From contig CAWGMQ010000004.1 in the NCBI GenBank assembly GCA_963823665.1, positions 1,792,001 through 1,856,000 of the forward strand: a stretch of DNA of 64,000 bases, read 5' to 3'. The translations under genes and the position numbers were made by a program. The DNA comes from an uncultured Planctomycetota bacterium. GTDB taxonomy: Bacteria > Planctomycetota > Planctomycetia > Isosphaerales > Isosphaeraceae. The notes beneath the pieces were generated by a model, which was not told where the DNA came from, made no database searches, and saw only the letters and a program-made list of their open reading frames with translations. Of this stretch, positions 58,802-64,000 are shown piece by piece (position 1 is the first letter of the stretch; each line of letters starts with the position of its first letter).

Positions 58802-60328
58802 ATGGCACTTCCCAAGGTCGTGATCGTGGGCCGGCCCAACGTCGGCAAGTCGTCGGTCTTCAACTGGCTCGCGGGGCGAAGGATCGCGATCGTTGACGCA
58901 ATGGCCGGTGTCACCAGGGATCGTGTCGGCTCGTTGGTGCAAATCGGCGACGACGTGAACCCGAGGTTCATCGAGCTTTTCGATACCGGTGGCGTCGGAA
59001 TCGTTGACCGCGATGATCTGGGTGAAGACGTGGAGCGCCAGATCGACACGGCCATGAACGAAGCCGACTTGATTCTCTTCGTCGTCGACATTCGCGACGA
59101 GCTCATGCCGCTGGATCTCGAGGTGGCCCACCGCCTCCGCTATTTGAAGACGCCGGTGATCCTCGTGATGAACAAGTCCGACGTTCCCCAGCTCGACCAT
59201 CGAGGCGCCGAGTTTTACAAGCTGGGGCGCGGCAAGCCGATCGCGGTGTCGGTCCATCAGGACCGCAATCGAAACCAGTTGCTCAACTTGATTGAAGAGA
59301 TGCTTCCCCCCTCCGACGCCGAGAAGCCGGCTGACACGGAGATGAAGATCGCCGTCGTGGGCAGGCCGAATACAGGTAAGTCCACGTTGATCAACACCCT
59401 GGCAAGAGCGGAGCGCATGATCGTTTCCGAGCGGCCGGGGACGACCCGAGACTCCGTTGACGTCCATTTCGAGCTCGACAACCTGCCGTTTCTGGCGATC
59501 GATACCGCGGGCATCAAGCGCAGCTCCAAGATCCGCGACAACCTCGACTTTTACTCCTTCCATCGCGCCCAGCGCTCGATTCGCCGGGCCGACGTCGTCC
59601 TCCTCTTCATTGATCCGACCCAGGGGATCACCCGGCTGGACAAGCAGCTCGCCGACTATATCAGCCAGGAACACAAGCCCTGCATTTTCACGATCAATAA
59701 GTGGGACCTGATGCAGAAAGACGCGGCCGACCCGTCGATGGGGAACATGGCGCGCTATGCCAACCTCGTCCAGTATTCGTTCCGCTCGATGAGCTACATG
59801 CCGATGGCGTTCATCACCGCACAGACCGGAAAGAACGTGAAAGCGCTCGTCAACCTCGCGCAGTCCCTCTTCAAACAGTCTCGACTTCGAGTGAGCACCG
59901 GCACTCTGAACCGTGTATTGCGCGAGGCCGTCGACGCCCATCCGCCGGCGTCGCGCGAGAATCGAGCTGCGCGCATCTATTACGCCACCCAGGTCGGAGT
60001 GACTCCCCCCACCGTGGTCCTGTTCGTCAACAGTACGCAGCTCTTCGACGCGACTTATCAGCGCTACCTCTTGAACGTCTTCCGCGAACGATTGCCGTTT
60101 CGCGACATCCCCATCAAGCTCTACATGCGATCGCGCCGCCAGGCGACGGAAACCTCCCACGCTACGACCGAGAAATGGGAAGAGAACTCCGACGAGATCA
60201 CCCCGGAAAGCCCCAAGAAGCACCAGGAGCACGCCCTCCCCGTCGCCCATCGCCAGGCCCATTTCGATATCGCCAGCCGCTTCTTGAACCGCGAGGTGAA
60301 CGAGTTGCTCTCCGATCTGGACGGCTAA
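58802..60328 (+). CDS. der: ribosome biogenesis GTPase Der/EngA
   Basis: Two G domains: GRPNVGKS/DTGG/NKSD and GRPNTGKS/DTAG/NKWD. Confidence 0.95.
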   Translation: MALPKVVIVGRPNVGKSSVFNWLAGRRIAIVDAMAGVTRDRVGSLVQIGDDVNPRFIELFDTGGVGIVDRDDLGEDVERQIDTAMNEADLILFVVDIRDELMPLDLEVAHRLRYLKTPVILVMNKSDVPQLDHRGAEFYKLGRGKPIAVSVHQDRNRNQLLNLIEEMLPPSDAEKPADTEMKIAVVGRPNTGKSTLINTLARAERMIVSERPGTTRDSVDVHFELDNLPFLAIDTAGIKRSSKIRDNLDFYSFHRAQRSIRRADVVLLFIDPTQGITRLDKQLADYISQEHKPCIFTINKWDLMQKDAADPSMGNMARYANLVQYSFRSMSYMPMAFITAQTGKNVKALVNLAQSLFKQSRLRVSTGTLNRVLREAVDAHPPASRENRAARIYYATQVGVTPPTVVLFVNSTQLFDATYQRYLLNVFRERLPFRDIPIKLYMRSRRQATETSHATTEKWEENSDEITPESPKKHQEHALPVAHRQAHFDIASRFLNREVNELLSDLDG

Positions 60329-60526
60329 AAACCGACTCGATATGGGCTGCCTCGAGACTGGCCCGGTGAACTCTGAAGCGGTCATCGCGCGTCGTTGCCG
60401 GCCCGGTGCCGAGCGCGCCGCCTTGATTATCGCCAATGAGTCTGGTCGAATGGCTCTGGCCAGGTACGGGAGCTTGAAGCGGGCTGAAGCCGCTGGCACC
60501 GTTGACGGTCGCGGAGACGAGCGCGG

Positions 60527-61669
60527 ATGAAGGTTGGCGTACCCAAAGAGATCAAGTCGGACGAGTACCGGGTGGCGATGCTCCCCGTCGGCGCACTCGA
60601 GTTGTCGCAGGCCGGGCACACCGTCTTGATCGAGACAGGCGCCGGCCAGGGAAGCGGAATCGCCGACCTCGCCTATCGAGACTCCGGTGCCACGATCGTG
60701 AGCGATTCTGCGGAAATCTGGGCCGAGGCCGAGCTCATCGTCAAGGTGAAGGAGCCTCTGCCACCGGAGTGGCCTCGCCTCCGCGCTGGCCAGGTGGTTT
60801 TTACCTACTTCCACTTTGCCGCAGACGAAGCCCTCACCCGAGCGATCATCGACAGCGGCATCACGGCAATCGCCTACGAGACCCTGCGCGACTCCCGTGG
60901 AAGCCTGCCTCTCTTGACGCCGATGAGCGAGGTTGCAGGGCGCATGAGCATTCAGGAGGGAGCCAAGTTCCTGGAGCGCCCCCAGGAAGGCCGGGGAATC
61001 CTCCTCTCCGGCGTGCCCGGCGTCGCCCCCGCCGAGATCGCAATCCTGGGAGGAGGTGTCGTCGGGTCCAACGCCGCCAAGGTCGCCGCCGGCTTCGGCG
61101 CCAACGTTCGGATCCTCGATATCAACCTCGATCGCCTCCGTTACCTGGACGACATCATGCCGCCCAACGTCACCACACTCTATTCCGACCGCCATACGAT
61201 CATGGAATCGATCGAACGGGCAGACCTGGTGATCGGCGCGATCTTGATAACCGGCGCACGCGCGCCGCGCCTTCTCAAACGCGAAGACCTGAGCCGGATG
61301 AAGAACGGCGCGGTGATCGTCGATGTGGCCATCGATCAAGGCGGATGCGTTGCCACCAGCCGCCCCACGACTCATCGCCAGCCGACCTACCTGGTCGATG
61401 GAGTGGTCCATTACTGCGTGACCAACATGCCCGGGGCCGTCGGCCGCACCAGCACGTATGCCTTGTGCAACGTCACTCTCCCCTACGTGCTCCAGCTCGC
61501 CAACCACGGCTGGCATGAGGTCGCTGCGGCCGACCTGGGTGTTGCGACGGGAATTAACATCGACCGCGGCCGCGTCACCAACCAGGCAGTAGCTTCCACG
61601 TTCGGGCTCCCTTGCTCCGCGCTCGACGCCCGCCAGGAATCCGTAAATGTGCCAATCGGAGCAACATGA
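60527..61669 (+). CDS. ald: alanine dehydrogenase
   Basis: GVPKEIK, VKVKEP, PMSEVAGR, DVAIDQGG, HYCVTNMPGAV. Confidence 0.95.
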   Translation: MKVGVPKEIKSDEYRVAMLPVGALELSQAGHTVLIETGAGQGSGIADLAYRDSGATIVSDSAEIWAEAELIVKVKEPLPPEWPRLRAGQVVFTYFHFAADEALTRAIIDSGITAIAYETLRDSRGSLPLLTPMSEVAGRMSIQEGAKFLERPQEGRGILLSGVPGVAPAEIAILGGGVVGSNAAKVAAGFGANVRILDINLDRLRYLDDIMPPNVTTLYSDRHTIMESIERADLVIGAILITGARAPRLLKREDLSRMKNGAVIVDVAIDQGGCVATSRPTTHRQPTYLVDGVVHYCVTNMPGAVGRTSTYALCNVTLPYVLQLANHGWHEVAAADLGVATGINIDRGRVTNQAVASTFGLPCSALDARQESVNVPIGAT

Positions 61670-61810
61670 TCTAATCATGACACGTTCACACCCTTTCTCG
61701 CCGTGGCAACAAAAAGCCGCACCCGCGTGCAATCCGCTGCGTCAACCAGAGCAGAGGCCTCTCCTTCGGCCCGCGGCTTACATTCCTCTCTTCTTCCAGG
61801 AGCCCAACCG

Positions 61811-62155
61811 ATGAGCGAAGACGATTATGGCAGCAAGAACGGCGGCACAGGCCCCGACGATGAAACCGATCTCGAAGAAAGCGAGGAAGCACTCGAAGAT
61901 GCACTCGAGCTCGATACCCAGAGCCAGATCTTTCTTGAGATGCGCCAGCAAAACCTCGACCTCCTGCGCATCGCAATCGAAGTAGCCGGCTACACCGGCC
62001 AGCACCCTGCGCTTAAAGGCGACGACGTGAAAAAGGCCCTGCACAACATCTGGGAAGTATTCTCGGAATTCTATTCGTGGATCGACCCGGAGGAGCTCGA
62101 GGGCGATGATGATGAAGAAGATGACGATGATCTGGACGAAGACGACGATGATTGA
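61811..62155 (+). CDS. acidic hypothetical protein
   Basis: Clean ORF with D/E-rich termini. Confidence 0.65.
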   Translation: MSEDDYGSKNGGTGPDDETDLEESEEALEDALELDTQSQIFLEMRQQNLDLLRIAIEVAGYTGQHPALKGDDVKKALHNIWEVFSEFYSWIDPEELEGDDDEEDDDDLDEDDDD

Positions 62156-62245
62156 TCACCGCTTGCACTCAGGCAATATCGCTTGAAGCTCCCCAAGCTT
62201 CTCCGAAATCGTGAGCGCAGGCGCAGTTTGAATTCCCCTCTAGAG

Positions 62246-63322
62246 ATGTCGATGAGCGGCCAAATTGATGCGTTATCCACCCTCCGCTGGGTTGGCGATC
62301 CGGCGACCGGGTGCTTGAAGCTGGTTGACCAGACCCTGCTGCCGATCGAGCATATCGAGATCGATTGCCGCGACGTGCCCACGGTCTGGGAGGCGATTAA
62401 ATCCTTGCGAGTGCGCGGCGCGCCCGCGATCGGAGTCGCAGCAGCCTACGGGGCCGTGTTAGGCGCACGCTCCCGGGGAATAGAAGATGCGGCAACCGTG
62501 CGCCGCGCCCTTGCGGAGGCGACCAGGAGTCTTCGAACCAGCCGGCCCACGGCCGTCAACCTGTTCTGGGCACTTGACCGCATGGACCGCTGCCTGCCGC
62601 CTGATGGAGCAGAGAATGGCGCTGAGCTACTGGAATTGCTTCTCGCCGAGGCGCGCTCGATCGACGGTGAAGATCGCGCCATGTGCCGCGCCATCGGTCG
62701 CTTCGGAGCTCCTCTGGTCGGGCCCGGTGATGGAGTGCTCACGCACTGCAACGCCGGCGGCCTGGCAACCTCCGACTATGGAACCGCCCTCGCCGTGATC
62801 TTCGCCGCTCACGAGCACGGCACGCCCGTGCATGTCTTTGCCGACGAGACGCGCCCGCTCTTGCAAGGCGCTCGCTTGACGGCCTGGGAGCTCAAGGGAC
62901 GGGGCATTCCGGTCACGCTCATCTGCGACAACATGGCCGCGCAGGTCATGCGGGAAGGTAAGATCCAACTGGTGGTCGTGGGAGCCGATCGCATCGCCGC
63001 AAACGGCGACACCGCCAACAAGATCGGAACCTACGGCGTGGCCGTGCTCGCCCAGGCTCACGGGATCCCGTTCTACGTCGCCGCCCCATCGAACACCTTT
63101 GACCTGTCGATCTCCGACGGAGCCGCCATCCCCATCGAGCAGCGCGACCCGCGCGAAATTACCCACGGCTTCGGCCGCCAGACGGCGCCCGACGGCATCG
63201 ACGTGTACAACCCGGCCTTCGACGTCACTCCAGCCAAGCTCATCGCCGGTATCATCACCGAGAAAGGCGTGATCCGGCCAGTGAATCGAGAGACGATCCA
63301 TACTGTCCTGGCCCTCTCCTGA
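62246..63322 (+). CDS. mtnA: methylthioribose-1-phosphate isomerase
   Basis: VRGAPAIG, RPTAVNLFWA, LTHCNAG, DETRPLLQGARLT, GADRIAANGDTANKIGTY. Confidence 0.95.
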   Translation: MSMSGQIDALSTLRWVGDPATGCLKLVDQTLLPIEHIEIDCRDVPTVWEAIKSLRVRGAPAIGVAAAYGAVLGARSRGIEDAATVRRALAEATRSLRTSRPTAVNLFWALDRMDRCLPPDGAENGAELLELLLAEARSIDGEDRAMCRAIGRFGAPLVGPGDGVLTHCNAGGLATSDYGTALAVIFAAHEHGTPVHVFADETRPLLQGARLTAWELKGRGIPVTLICDNMAAQVMREGKIQLVVVGADRIAANGDTANKIGTYGVAVLAQAHGIPFYVAAPSNTFDLSISDGAAIPIEQRDPREITHGFGRQTAPDGIDVYNPAFDVTPAKLIAGIITEKGVIRPVNRETIHTVLALS

Positions 63323-63349
63323 GTCGTCAAGAACCCACAACTCCGCCCA

Positions 63350-63688
63350 GTGAGCCGCCCCATGCTTTGCCACAATGTTTTCTTCTCGCTTCATGATCGC
63401 TCCGAGGCCGCGGTCGCAAAGATGCTGACCGCTTGCCGCAAATACCTGACCGGCCACCCTGGCACCCATTTCTTCGCCTGCGGAACCCCGAATCAGGAAC
63501 TGACTCGCCCGGTCAACGATCACGACTTCGACATCGCACTCCACATCGTCTTCGATTCCAAGGAAGCCCACGACGCATATCAGGAAGCACCAGCTCACGA
63601 GCAGTTCATCAAAGAAAACAAAGCTTCCTGGCGTCTCGTGCGCGTCTTTGACTCCGACGTCGAGCCAGCCCGCAACACAGCCCCGTGA
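63350..63688 (+). CDS. Dabb stress-responsive alpha/beta barrel protein
   Basis: HNVFFSL...FDSKEAHDAYQEAPAHEQF. Confidence 0.8.
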   Translation: MSRPMLCHNVFFSLHDRSEAAVAKMLTACRKYLTGHPGTHFFACGTPNQELTRPVNDHDFDIALHIVFDSKEAHDAYQEAPAHEQFIKENKASWRLVRVFDSDVEPARNTAP

Positions 63689-63831
63689 TGTCACCTTAAC
63701 TCCCCTCGTTGCGAAGCAGGGCATGGTGGGCGAATGGCCCAACTCGCCAGTGATCCGATCAAACTACCCACATATTTTCCCCCCTTAAGAAGGGGGTAGG
63801 GGGGGTCGATCGCGAATGGCTCCCGTCCTCT

Positions 63832-64000
63832 TCAAACTGCAATGTGCCCGTGCGGCAGGATGTAACCCAACTCCAGAAGCTTGTCGATGATGTGGTTGAC
63901 ACACTCCTGCACCGAGAGCGTGCCGGTATCGAGAGTGACTTCGGGATTGCTCGGCGGCTCGTACGGATCGTCCACGCCGGTGAATCCCATCGGTCTGCCG
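63832..64000 (-). CDS. cysC: adenylyl-sulfate kinase, C-terminal part (runs off window)
   Basis: Manual translation GFTGVDDPYEPPSNPEVTLDT...HIAV*. Confidence 0.8.
   Translation of the reverse strand, partial: GRPMGFTGVDDPYEPPSNPEVTLDTGTLSVQECVNHIIDKLLELGYILPHGHIAV

Noticed and set aside
58769..61732. 987-aa minus-strand ORF (likewise 53034-55409, 12081-14264, 19301-20992, 46560-48203)
   Set aside because: Antisense shadows of well-supported genes in GC-rich DNA.

Overview
GC-rich bacterial DNA. The gene content and repeat families suggest a Planctomycete (Isosphaera/Singulisphaera-like; inference). Many single-base frameshifts, including in topA and gnd, suggest an unpolished long-read assembly. 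The left 15 kb is a minus-strand defence island. It holds BREX type 2 pglW and pglX, followed by nested ATPase-nuclease pairs (AAA+DUF3226/TOPRIM-like, AAA+HNH). Between pglW and pglX lies a GxxExxY nuclease gene inside a 1.4 kb cluster of 9-bp-periodic inverted repeats. The repeat units are internally deleted, non-coding copies of the GxxExxY cassette itself, which makes this the best candidate for an undescribed mobile or selfish element. A second, decayed BREX locus at 38-43 kb (brxA', pglX', pglZ') surrounds an intact RloA/RloB-like pair. A 1.5 kb array at 44.3-45.8 kb has ten 9-bp-periodic direct repeats and two recurring spacer types. Other content: a LodA/LodB quinoprotein oxidase pair, ada/alkA-ogt, an ECF sigma factor with a TolC-like extension, gnd-zwf-ndh, acpS, topA, der, ald, mtnA and a partial cysC. 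No tRNA, rRNA or CRISPR-cas was recognised.
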